The notes below the pieces were generated by a model, which ran no database searches, was not told the DNA's origin, and saw only the letters and a list, made by a program, of their open reading frames with translations. A program made the position numbers and the translations under genes. This document shows positions 43,586 through 51,581 of a stretch of DNA of 55,361 nucleotides, in pieces. Source of the DNA: an uncultured Candidatus Saccharibacteria bacterium (lineage in GTDB: Bacteria; Patescibacteriota; Andersenbacteria; UBA10190; CAIZMI01); NCBI GenBank assembly GCA_964630025.1, contig CAZVRG010000001.1, forward strand, positions 1 through 55,361, written 5' to 3'. The stretch's first letter is position 1, and every line of letters begins with the position of its first letter.

Positions 43586-44653
43586 ATGCAGCCGCAACGC
43601 GTATTGCTGAAACACGTGGGAAATATGGGAGACCATCTATTTCTCGTGGGCGCGTTGCTGGAAGGCATTGCCCGCACGTGGCCCGATGCGGAGGTAACAC
43701 TGGTGACCGCGTGGGGATACAAAGATCAACACGGACGATGGGGAAAAAGAAACCAGGACGGCTACTGCATCGCGCTTATGAAAGAGAACCCCCACGTGGA
43801 TCAGCTTGTGCACTGGAGCGATCATGACTGCGCACTGGATGGCAGCATATGCGTGGAAGATGGAAAAGTATTTCCGACATGGAATCGCGCACACTTTCAT
43901 CGCGTCGCACCGGACTATGATGTTGTGGCGGAGCTCGAATTCGGTCTCGTCACGGAAGAAAATCCGCTGGAGCGCATCGCAGCAGCAGTGGGCCTTTCGC
44001 ATCTGCAGATCGGACCATATCCGTTCTATGGTTCCCCGCGGGATTTCGAGATCGGAGAGGAGATCGCAAGCCACTTCCCGCGACCGCGCGTAGTGTTTCT
44101 TGAGGGACTGAATAGCACAACAATGCGTGGGTGGGATCCAGGGAAAGTACCCGTTCTGACACGTCGTTTTGTGGATGCCGGCATCACGCCGATCTGGTGG
44201 GGGGCAGCACACGCACCTATGGTGCATGGACGACGCGCACAGTTGCGGGAGAACATTGCCTTCCTGAAACACTGCGATATCGCCATTGGCGTCCTGGGCG
44301 CTCCGATGCATTTCGCAACTGCCGTGGGTACGCAAACGATTTGCCTCTACGGGGCGCAATCATACGCGCGTGCCGCGCCGGGATTTTTTGTGAATCCGAG
44401 CATTGCGGATCGCACGCGCCACCACCTGACAATTTTCGGCCCGACGTGTGATGAACCCTGTTTACTGAAACGAGAACTCCCGTGCAAAAATCTTCACGGA
44501 GAGGCGCGCATGACGACCGGATTCCGCAGTTGGCAATCGCCTGGACGCCAGGATGACAAATCCTGCCTTGCGACGATTGATGTTGAAACGGTCTTCGCAA
44601 CCGCACGCGATGCGCTTGTGCGCAGAGAGATATGGCCACACACGGCGGAGTGA
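43586..44653 (+). CDS. glycosyltransferase family 9 (heptosyltransferase-like)
   Basis: The N-terminus is RVLLKHVGNMGDHLFLVGALLEGIARTWPDAEVTLV. The C-terminus is LRENIAFLKHCDIAIGVLGAPMHFATAVGTQTICLYG. Both match the GT9 pattern (GD ... P ... DSGPMHLAAA ... LFG). Confidence 0.68.
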   Translation: MQPQRVLLKHVGNMGDHLFLVGALLEGIARTWPDAEVTLVTAWGYKDQHGRWGKRNQDGYCIALMKENPHVDQLVHWSDHDCALDGSICVEDGKVFPTWNRAHFHRVAPDYDVVAELEFGLVTEENPLERIAAAVGLSHLQIGPYPFYGSPRDFEIGEEIASHFPRPRVVFLEGLNSTTMRGWDPGKVPVLTRRFVDAGITPIWWGAAHAPMVHGRRAQLRENIAFLKHCDIAIGVLGAPMHFATAVGTQTICLYGAQSYARAAPGFFVNPSIADRTRHHLTIFGPTCDEPCLLKRELPCKNLHGEARMTTGFRSWQSPGRQDDKSCLATIDVETVFATARDALVRREIWPHTAE

Positions 44654-45369
44654 TGCGCAGCGTGGTCGTCATTCCCACCTATAACGAGCGGGAAAATATG
44701 CTCCCGCTTCTTGACGCATTGGAAAAACACTGCGCCCCCTCTGTCTCCTTCCTTGTGGTGGACGATTCGTCTCCGGATGGAACAGGACAACTCGTTCGCG
44801 AGCGTGCGGCACGCGACCCGCGTGTCCATCTTCTTCTCCGTACAAAAAAAGAGGGTCTTGGTCCGGCATATACTGCGGGATTCGCGCATGTGCTGAGCGG
44901 CGCGTTGGGAACTGTGCCCGACGTGCTCGTGCACATGGATGCCGACTTTTCTCACCCCCCAGAAGACGTTCCTCGTCTTCTTGCCGCACTTGACCATGCG
45001 GATCTCGTTGTGGGATCTCGCTATTGCCCGGGCGGATCCGTCGAGAATTGGGAACAGCGACGGCGGTTCTTGAGTCGTGCAGCCAACATCTATGCCCGCC
45101 TCTTCACGCGCGCCCCCATTTCCGACCTTACCGCCGGCTTTTGTGCCTGGCGCACTGACATGCTCCGACGTGTTGATTCCGCGACAATTCGCGCGGACGG
45201 ATATGGCTATCTCATTGCCATGAAAGTGCGCGCCGCGCGCGTCGGTGCCCGCATGGCGGAAATACCGATTGTGTTCCGCGATCGACGTGGTGGGGTTTCC
45301 AAGATCAGTTCTTCCGTCATCAGCGAAGCGGCGTTTCTTGTCCTCCGACTCGCGCTGCGTCAGTGGTAA
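44653..45369 (+). CDS. polyprenol-monophosphate sugar synthase (Dpm1/Ppm1-like GT2)
   Basis: Motifs: VVVIPTYNERENM, VVDDSSPDGT, MDADFSHPPED. The start overlaps the GT9 stop (TGATG). It is a paralog of 12810..13625. Confidence 0.85.
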   Translation: MRSVVVIPTYNERENMLPLLDALEKHCAPSVSFLVVDDSSPDGTGQLVRERAARDPRVHLLLRTKKEGLGPAYTAGFAHVLSGALGTVPDVLVHMDADFSHPPEDVPRLLAALDHADLVVGSRYCPGGSVENWEQRRRFLSRAANIYARLFTRAPISDLTAGFCAWRTDMLRRVDSATIRADGYGYLIAMKVRAARVGARMAEIPIVFRDRRGGVSKISSSVISEAAFLVLRLALRQW

Positions 45370-45385
45370 CGTGTGAGTACCCTGG

Positions 45386-47863
45386 ATGAAGCGTGTGTGG
45401 ACAATGGGCATTCTGGTCGGCTTCGCGGTTGCTCTTATTGCTCCGTACACACTCTTCGCGTTTCTGCTGACGGGAGATGTGCGCGACACATACCTCCCCA
45501 TTGAAGATTTCTATCGCGGTGAGCTCCGCGCAGAGCGTCTTCCGGCGTGGGATCCGAATATTGCGATGGGATTTCCCGTGCTCGCTTCCGCCCAGACAGG
45601 ATTTTGGCAATTCCCGCTTCTTCTCCTTCGCCCGTGGACGTCCCCGGAGCAGGGATATGCGATTGCGTATCTTTTTCACGCAATCCTCCTTGCGCTTGGC
45701 ACCTATGTTTATGCGCGTTCGCTCTCGCTGTCACGAACCGGCGCCCTTCTTACCGCGCTCGGATTCACCGGAAGCGGATTTATGGCTGGTCACCTCGTCC
45801 ACGGAAATATTTTCTTCAGCGTTGCGTGGATGCCCTACGCGCTTCTCTGCGCAGATCGCCTCGCTGCCTCGCTGCGCCTTCGCCCATTTCTCCTGCTTAG
45901 TTGCATCCTGGCCCTCGCCACATTCCCGGGACATTTCCATGTCGCGGGCATGATGGTCGTGCTCGTGCTCACGCGGCTTTTCACGCAACTGCGCGCGCGC
46001 TACACCGCCGTTCCATTCACGCATACGATGTGGACATTCGGCCTCTTCGCCGCACCGCTTCTCGTCGTATGGGTGGCGTTGACCGCCGCACAGTTGTTTC
46101 CGACGCTTGAACTCATCCGCGAGTCCACGCGCGGCATGGGCGAGGGATTTGATATTGGCCGGGCAAATCAGCACTCCTTTCCACCCTGGCAGCTCATGAC
46201 GTTTGTGATTCCGGCGTTTTTTGGTTTTCCGGATCTCTCGGAGTATTGGGGGACACGGCCACAAATTGAAATGACGGCATGGATCGGAACGATCCCACTG
46301 CTCCTCGCGCTGATCGGAGCAACGGGAAAGCTCCAATCCTCAAATTCCAAATTCCAAACAAGTTCCAAAGACCAACATCTAAAGATGGGTCGGTCCGCAT
46401 TTTGGATGTTGAGAATGTTGAACGTAAAAATTGTTTGGAGCTTGGTGCTTGGATTTTGGAATTTTTGGACGGTCGTCGCCGTCCTGAGTTTTCTCCTCGC
46501 TCTCGGCCGGTGGTCACCGTTCCGCCTTATTGGCATCGAACCGACATTGGGCATCTTTTCCTCGCCTGCGCGGTACCTGTTGTTTATGCAATTCGCGCTC
46601 GCGCTTCTCGCGGGAAGAGGACTCGACCGCGTCGCAGTCCTGCCGCACGCCGCGCAGTGGGTTGGACGCTTGGGCATCGGCGCGGCGCTGGCCGTCACGT
46701 CCGGTTCCGCGCTCGTGAAGCTGGCGCCGGATCTCCTCCGCCGCCTCGGCGCTCTCGCCGTGGACCGCTTCATCCTCGGCGCAGCGGGCCACGTACTCTC
46801 GCGGGAGTCCTACCTGCAAAAAATCGACTATCTCCTGGAACGCGTCTCGACGTGGGGTGTGAACCTCGGAAATCCCCTGGTGCTGTTGTCTGTCGTTCTC
46901 CTCGCCGCCGGCGGCCTTGCCCTCCAGAGTCGCCGAAGTGCTATCATCCATGATAGCAGCCTCGCGAGAAAAAGTGTTCTGATCTCCGGACTCGTCATTG
47001 CAACCGCGTTCGAACTCATCGTGCTCGCCTGGCAGGTACACCCTAGGGTCCCGTGGACAGAACTATCGAAAACTTCTCCGGTTGTGCAGGTGCTGCGCGA
47101 ACGTCCATGGGGTCGCCTCTACGCCGCCCACCCGCAGGGAGATACCGGGCTCTATGTGGCGAATCCCACCACCGCGAACCGCAACGAGCATGAACACCTT
47201 CTCCGCGATCTCCCGGTCGCCAACATCTTTACCCGTGCCGGTATACCAAGTATCGAGTGGACAGCGGCGCTCGATCTCGCCCGCGCGTCGGAACTGCTCT
47301 CGCGCCTCCGTGACGCGGAGGGCCGTCCTATCAATGAGAATCTCCTGGATCGGTTCAGCGTTCGATACGTTACCGGCAGCACCAACACGCCGGATCTGTT
47401 TCTACCGCCCCCGGCACGCGAACTCTTCACTATGCAGAGTGGAGAGAACGCGACGATCCGCGTCTGGGAACGACCAACAGCGCGACCGCGCGTTGAGGTG
47501 CTTTCAGCATTGCCCAAAGAAATCACGGAGCCGCTTCCCTCCTCCGCCGGGACAGCAGTAATCGTGATGGAAACGCCGCACCGCCTTTCTATCGGCGTCA
47601 GAAACGACACGCAACAGGAAACCGCGCTTGTCGTGCGCGATACGTGGTACCCCGGCTGGGATGCGACGCTTGATCAGACGCCGGTGCCGCTCGTGCGTGC
47701 GGAAAGTATTTTTCGCGGCGTGATGGTGCCGCCAGGCACGCACCTCGTCAGGATGACATATCATCCGCGGGCGCTCCAAAGCGGTATGATCGTCTCGGGG
47801 ATTGCATTCTCCGGCGTGGCGTTTCTTCTTCTCCTTCCCCTCCTGAAGCGACGCTCTGTATAA
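45386..47863 (+). CDS. YfhO-like GT-C membrane glycosyltransferase
   Basis: 825 aa. It has the first-loop motif LPAWDPNIAMGFPVLASAQTGFW and many TM helices. The C-terminus is YPGWDATLDQTPVPLVRAESIFRGVMVPPGTHLVRMTYHP plus a terminal anchor. It carries a 135 nt in-frame repeat insertion. Confidence 0.75.
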   Translation: MKRVWTMGILVGFAVALIAPYTLFAFLLTGDVRDTYLPIEDFYRGELRAERLPAWDPNIAMGFPVLASAQTGFWQFPLLLLRPWTSPEQGYAIAYLFHAILLALGTYVYARSLSLSRTGALLTALGFTGSGFMAGHLVHGNIFFSVAWMPYALLCADRLAASLRLRPFLLLSCILALATFPGHFHVAGMMVVLVLTRLFTQLRARYTAVPFTHTMWTFGLFAAPLLVVWVALTAAQLFPTLELIRESTRGMGEGFDIGRANQHSFPPWQLMTFVIPAFFGFPDLSEYWGTRPQIEMTAWIGTIPLLLALIGATGKLQSSNSKFQTSSKDQHLKMGRSAFWMLRMLNVKIVWSLVLGFWNFWTVVAVLSFLLALGRWSPFRLIGIEPTLGIFSSPARYLLFMQFALALLAGRGLDRVAVLPHAAQWVGRLGIGAALAVTSGSALVKLAPDLLRRLGALAVDRFILGAAGHVLSRESYLQKIDYLLERVSTWGVNLGNPLVLLSVVLLAAGGLALQSRRSAIIHDSSLARKSVLISGLVIATAFELIVLAWQVHPRVPWTELSKTSPVVQVLRERPWGRLYAAHPQGDTGLYVANPTTANRNEHEHLLRDLPVANIFTRAGIPSIEWTAALDLARASELLSRLRDAEGRPINENLLDRFSVRYVTGSTNTPDLFLPPPARELFTMQSGENATIRVWERPTARPRVEVLSALPKEITEPLPSSAGTAVIVMETPHRLSIGVRNDTQQETALVVRDTWYPGWDATLDQTPVPLVRAESIFRGVMVPPGTHLVRMTYHPRALQSGMIVSGIAFSGVAFLLLLPLLKRRSV
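46331..46465. repeat. CCAAA/TTTGG-rich nested imperfect palindromic element inserted in-frame in 45386..47863
   Basis: TCCAAACAA (46353-61) pairs with TTGTTTGGA (46431-39). The inner pair is CAACATC / GATGTTG. It shares GTTTGGAGCTTGG with the element at 38662..38757. It encodes 45 aa (LQSSNSKFQ ... LVLGFWNF) where paralogs have a short R/K-rich loop of about 8 aa. Confidence 0.65.
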
Positions 47864-48009
47864 GAAAGGAGCCAAGCAACCATGCCTGGCTTCAAAGGGT
47901 TACTGAAGGTACACCACGATTGTGCGGGAAAACTTTTAAGAAAGAACACAACGGTGCGCGCGGACAATGCACTGTTGCCAAAGAGTCACGTCCTCACTAC
48001 GCTACGTAT

Positions 48010-48441
48010 ATGGAAACACATCGCGCGCATACGCGTACTACCAACGTCGACGAAGCGATCACGACTCCGGAAGTTGTTGCAGACGATCCGCGCGGAGTGA
48101 TCGAGAAACTTGCGGAAGGGAATTTCCAAAGCGTGCTGCGCATCACCTCAAAAGCCGGTACGGTGCGCGCAAACCACTACCATAAACAGGATTCGCACAC
48201 GTGCTATCTCGTGAAGGGAAAAATCGAGTACGTGACGCGTGACGCCTTGAATGAGACTGCGCCGCTGGAACGCGTGATGATTGAACCCGGACACGTGTTT
48301 TACACGCCGCCCATGCTTGCGCACGCCATGGTTTTCGTAGAGGATTCCGAATTTTATTGCTTCACGACAAGCTCGCGCCACACCCAGGCAGAGTATGAGG
48401 ATGATATCGTTCGTGTGACGCTTGTTGCGCCAACCGCGTAA
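48010..48441 (+). CDS. cupin-fold protein, sugar-nucleotide epimerase/isomerase-like
   Basis: The cupin core is GTVRANHYHKQDSHTCYLVKGKIEY ... IEPGHVFYTPPMLAHAM. It lies directly upstream of an extended SDR. The start is uncertain: ATG at 48010, or GTG at 47920 as in the track. Confidence 0.55.
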   Translation: METHRAHTRTTNVDEAITTPEVVADDPRGVIEKLAEGNFQSVLRITSKAGTVRANHYHKQDSHTCYLVKGKIEYVTRDALNETAPLERVMIEPGHVFYTPPMLAHAMVFVEDSEFYCFTTSSRHTQAEYEDDIVRVTLVAPTA

Positions 48442-48466
48442 TCTCCGCTTGCCACCTCTGACGACA

Positions 48467-49594
48467 ATGCGCTCTGTACATATTATCGAGGAAGATACCA
48501 AGACCATCGCAACCGCTATTGCTCCGGAAGCACAGGAGCTCGCGGGCAAGACGATCCTCATCAGCGGCGGTGCGGGATTTCTTGGCCGGTATTTTCTGGG
48601 TGTCTTCCGGCATCTCAACCAACACGTGCTAGAAAAACCGTGCCGCGTGATCTCTGTTGACAACTACATTACCGGAGAGCGCGATGGCGTCTTCGGGGTG
48701 AATGAGGATCCGCAGGTGTTATCGCTGTGGGCAGATGTGACCGCACCGCTTCCCGTGCGCGAGCCGATCCACTATATCATTCACGCGGCCGGTCTTGCCT
48801 CCCCGGTCTATTACCAAAAGTACCCGCTGGAAACGATTGAGAGCGCGGTGATGGGCGCGAAGAATCTTCTTGAACTCGGAAAGCGAAACGACCTGAAAGG
48901 GTTTCTTCTCTTCAGCTCGAGCGAAATTTATGGAGACCCCGATCCGCGTGCCGTTCCCACACCGGAGACATATTGCGGAAATGTTTCCAGCACCGGACCC
49001 CGTGCCTGCTATGACGAATCAAAACGCCTCGCCGAAACGCTCTCGATCATCTACCACCAGCAATTCGGTGTCCCCATAAAGATTGTTCGGCCATTTAACG
49101 TCTACGGCCCGGGTATGAAACCCGACGACCGCCGCGTCATGCCCATGTTCGCGCTGCGGACACTTCGCGGCGAGACGTTGCCCGTCCATGGCGACGGTCA
49201 TCAAACACGAACGTTCTGTTATATCACGGACGCTATCACCGGATTCCTGAAAGTACTGCTGCTCGGAACGCCCGGCGAGGCATATAACATTGGCAATGAT
49301 GATCAGGAAATCACCATGGGTGCATTGGGGCGATTATTTGTCGACCTTGGGAAAACGGATGCGCGCGTGGAAACGATTCCCTATCCAGACACCTACCCCG
49401 CCGGCGAACCACAGCGCCGATGTCCCGATCTGGCAAAAGCGCGCACGCACCTCGGGTATCAGGCGGGAGTAAGTCTTCGTGAGGGCACACTTCGTTTTCT
49501 TGAATGGGCAAAAGAACAGCCAAAGTACGTCGACATTCCCGCACACGTACACGCTTCGGTGGAGGCAGTTTCGGCACTCCGCCAGGCTCGATGA
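48467..49594 (+). CDS. NAD-dependent epimerase/dehydratase, UDP-glucuronate decarboxylase (UXS/ArnA C-terminal)-like
   Basis: Motifs: ILISGGAGFLG, SSSEIYGDP, and CYDESKRLAETL (the YxxxK context typical of UXS-type decarboxylases). ATG at 48467. Confidence 0.75.
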   Translation: MRSVHIIEEDTKTIATAIAPEAQELAGKTILISGGAGFLGRYFLGVFRHLNQHVLEKPCRVISVDNYITGERDGVFGVNEDPQVLSLWADVTAPLPVREPIHYIIHAAGLASPVYYQKYPLETIESAVMGAKNLLELGKRNDLKGFLLFSSSEIYGDPDPRAVPTPETYCGNVSSTGPRACYDESKRLAETLSIIYHQQFGVPIKIVRPFNVYGPGMKPDDRRVMPMFALRTLRGETLPVHGDGHQTRTFCYITDAITGFLKVLLLGTPGEAYNIGNDDQEITMGALGRLFVDLGKTDARVETIPYPDTYPAGEPQRRCPDLAKARTHLGYQAGVSLREGTLRFLEWAKEQPKYVDIPAHVHASVEAVSALRQAR

Positions 49595-50520
49595 CAACGC
49601 TTGCACTCATCGGCCGTGGCCGCTGGGGCACGAACATACAACGGACACTCGCGCAGCTCCCCGGCTGCAGCGTTTCGTATGTTGAAACGCGTGACTGGAA
49701 GCGACTTCTGCAATTGCGGGATCTCGATGGCGTACTGATCGCCACGCCAGGATCTACCCATGCGGATATCGCACTTCCGTTCATCGAACGTGGGATGTCC
49801 ACGTTCATCGAAAAGCCGTTGACGACGAATCTGCGTGATGCCCTTCGCCTTGAGAACGCCGCGAAGAAATCCGGTGCGCGCGTCTTTGTCGGTCACGTGC
49901 ATCTCTACAACCCGGCATACAAAAAGGCGAAGACCCTCGCGCGCCGTGCCGGAGCACTGCGCTTCCTGTTCGCTGAAGGAATGAATAACGGACCATACCG
50001 TGACGACATGTCGGCATTGTGGGATTGGGCGTCACACGATCTCGCAATGACGCTTGATCTCTTGGGTGTCCTTCCCCGTACCGTCCGGGCAACAGGCATC
50101 AGCGTACTCCGACCCCGAACGAAGCTCTACGATGTCGCAACGCTGCATCTGGAGTTCCCGGGCGGCGTCCACTTTTTCGGCCAGTACAGTTGGATGGCGC
50201 CAGAGAAGCGCAAACGTTTCGTGGTGCAGGGAAGTCGCCATACGGTGATCTATGACGACGTGGCGGAAAGAAAAGTAACGCTGCTCAAACATCTCGGACC
50301 AACGGTTCGCGGACACACAATCGAACGTCATGCGCCCATCGTTGCATATCCGTCATACCGACCGACATCACCGCTCACGGAAGAACTGCGCGCGTTTGTG
50401 CAGTACATCCGTACCGGTAAACGCCCGTCATCGGATCTTGCACAAGGTGTACAGGTCGTCCGCATCCTTGATGCCGCGGAGCGTTCCATCGCGCGCCGCG
50501 GCAGCGCTGTCTCTTTGTAA
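49591..50520 (+). CDS. Gfo/Idh/MocA-family NAD(P)-dependent oxidoreductase
   Basis: The ATG at 49591 makes an ATGA overlap with the upstream stop. The N-terminal Rossmann segment is LALIGRGRWG, followed by VLIATPGSTHADIALPFIERGMSTFIEKPL (the EKP motif). Confidence 0.8.
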   Translation: MTTLALIGRGRWGTNIQRTLAQLPGCSVSYVETRDWKRLLQLRDLDGVLIATPGSTHADIALPFIERGMSTFIEKPLTTNLRDALRLENAAKKSGARVFVGHVHLYNPAYKKAKTLARRAGALRFLFAEGMNNGPYRDDMSALWDWASHDLAMTLDLLGVLPRTVRATGISVLRPRTKLYDVATLHLEFPGGVHFFGQYSWMAPEKRKRFVVQGSRHTVIYDDVAERKVTLLKHLGPTVRGHTIERHAPIVAYPSYRPTSPLTEELRAFVQYIRTGKRPSSDLAQGVQVVRILDAAERSIARRGSAVSL

Positions 50521-50544
50521 TACGCAGATCCTTCGCGGAAAGTT

Positions 50545-50714
50545 AGAGCGCATCCCATATATCGTCATTGCGAGCGAAGCGAAGCAATCTCCTCGTGCGC
50601 CATGCGAGGATTGCTTCGCCCGCCCGGCGAAGCCTTGGCGAAGTCGGGTCGTCCCCGCGAAGGCGGGGACCTCCTCGCAATGACGAGGCGGCAGAAGTGT
50701 ATGGGATGTGCTCT
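50545..50714. repeat. 170 nt nested palindromic (REP/MITE-like) element between convergent genes
   Basis: Terminal inverted repeats are AGAGCGCATCCCATA (50545-59) and TATGGGATGTGCTCT (50700-14), matching 14/15. Inner arms are TCGTCATTGCGAG (50562-74) and CTCGCAATGACGA (50674-86), a perfect match. Internal hairpins are GAAGCAATCTCCTCG...CGAGGATTGCTTC and GTCCCCGC-GAAG-GCGGGGAC (50651-70). Confidence 0.75.
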
Positions 50715-50763
50715 AGTAACTACGCACTTGACGGAAAGGAGTTACGTCCGGCGCCTATGCAGG

Positions 50764-51501
50764 TTAGAGCCTGTGTCTCCAGTGCTGTCCCCCGTCCAGA
50801 CGAATGTTATCCGCAAGGAAATCCGTTTCCAGCGCCAAACGTACAAGACGTGCCGCTTGCTGCGGATCGCCGGTGGAGCGCGTTGGCGTGTTCTGGACAA
50901 TTTCCTGTTTCTCCTTCGCGGGAAAATCTTTCGGTTCCAAAATCATGCCGGGATGAATATTCACCACACGAATCGTGCCAGCAAACGTCGTCTGCAACGC
51001 CATCAGGTAGTGACGCAGCGCCGCCTTCCCTGCAAGGTAGAGATCATGCTGCGCGTACGGATGATCCACTGCCCAATCGATGAATGACACAATGGGCGCA
51101 CCCTGCGCTTTCCGCCGCTGTGCTTCCTCCGCGAACATGCGGGAAAGGAGAATACTTCCAATCGACACGGAGAATGCCTTCAACACATGCGACACGGCGA
51201 TCTTCGGCGGATCCGGTTCAAAGACTGAAGCCATGTTCACGAGCCCATCAATACCACCGAAATCCTTCCCCACTGTGCGCACAAGCGCGGTAATACTTCC
51301 CTCATCCGTCAGATCCAGCTCGTACGCGCCGGTGCGGATCCCGTGCAGTTCCGCAAGATGATCGACGGCTTGAGCAATCTCCTCGCGATGTTTCTTGTAG
51401 GTCATCACGACCTGCGCGCCTGCAGCACCCACCGTATCGGCAACCACTTGTCCAATGCGCCGCCCGCCGGTGATGAGAATGGTTTTCCCGCGAAGATCCA
51501 T
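50764..51501 (-). CDS. classical short-chain dehydrogenase/reductase (SDR)
   Basis: 245 aa. It has TILITGGRRIGQ (TGxxxxG), NMASV, and YAQHDLYLAGKAAL (YxxxK). Confidence 0.82.
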   Translation of the reverse strand: MDLRGKTILITGGRRIGQVVADTVGAAGAQVVMTYKKHREEIAQAVDHLAELHGIRTGAYELDLTDEGSITALVRTVGKDFGGIDGLVNMASVFEPDPPKIAVSHVLKAFSVSIGSILLSRMFAEEAQRRKAQGAPIVSFIDWAVDHPYAQHDLYLAGKAALRHYLMALQTTFAGTIRVVNIHPGMILEPKDFPAKEKQEIVQNTPTRSTGDPQQAARLVRLALETDFLADNIRLDGGQHWRHRL

Positions 51502-51581
51502 GGAGTCTTCAGAATAGCGGATAGGCGCGCAAAGAAAAAGGCGTTGAGCATCATGCCCAACGCCGCGCGCAGTTCACGTCC

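Noticed and set aside
44494-45501. 335 aa minus-strand ORF over the GT9 end, the Dpm1-like GT2 and the start of 45386
   Set aside because: It is a shadow ORF. It overlaps three coupled plus-strand genes with strong family motifs.
38662-46465. I considered whether the CCAAA/TTTGG-rich repeats could be a CRISPR array, intein, intron or other interrupting element
   Set aside because: There are only two copies, 7.6 kb apart. Each is an imperfect palindrome rather than direct repeats with spacers. No cas genes are present, and there are no intein (Cys/Ser ... HN) or group I/II intron signatures. Both copies keep the host frame open, so a palindromic repeat element is the simplest reading.
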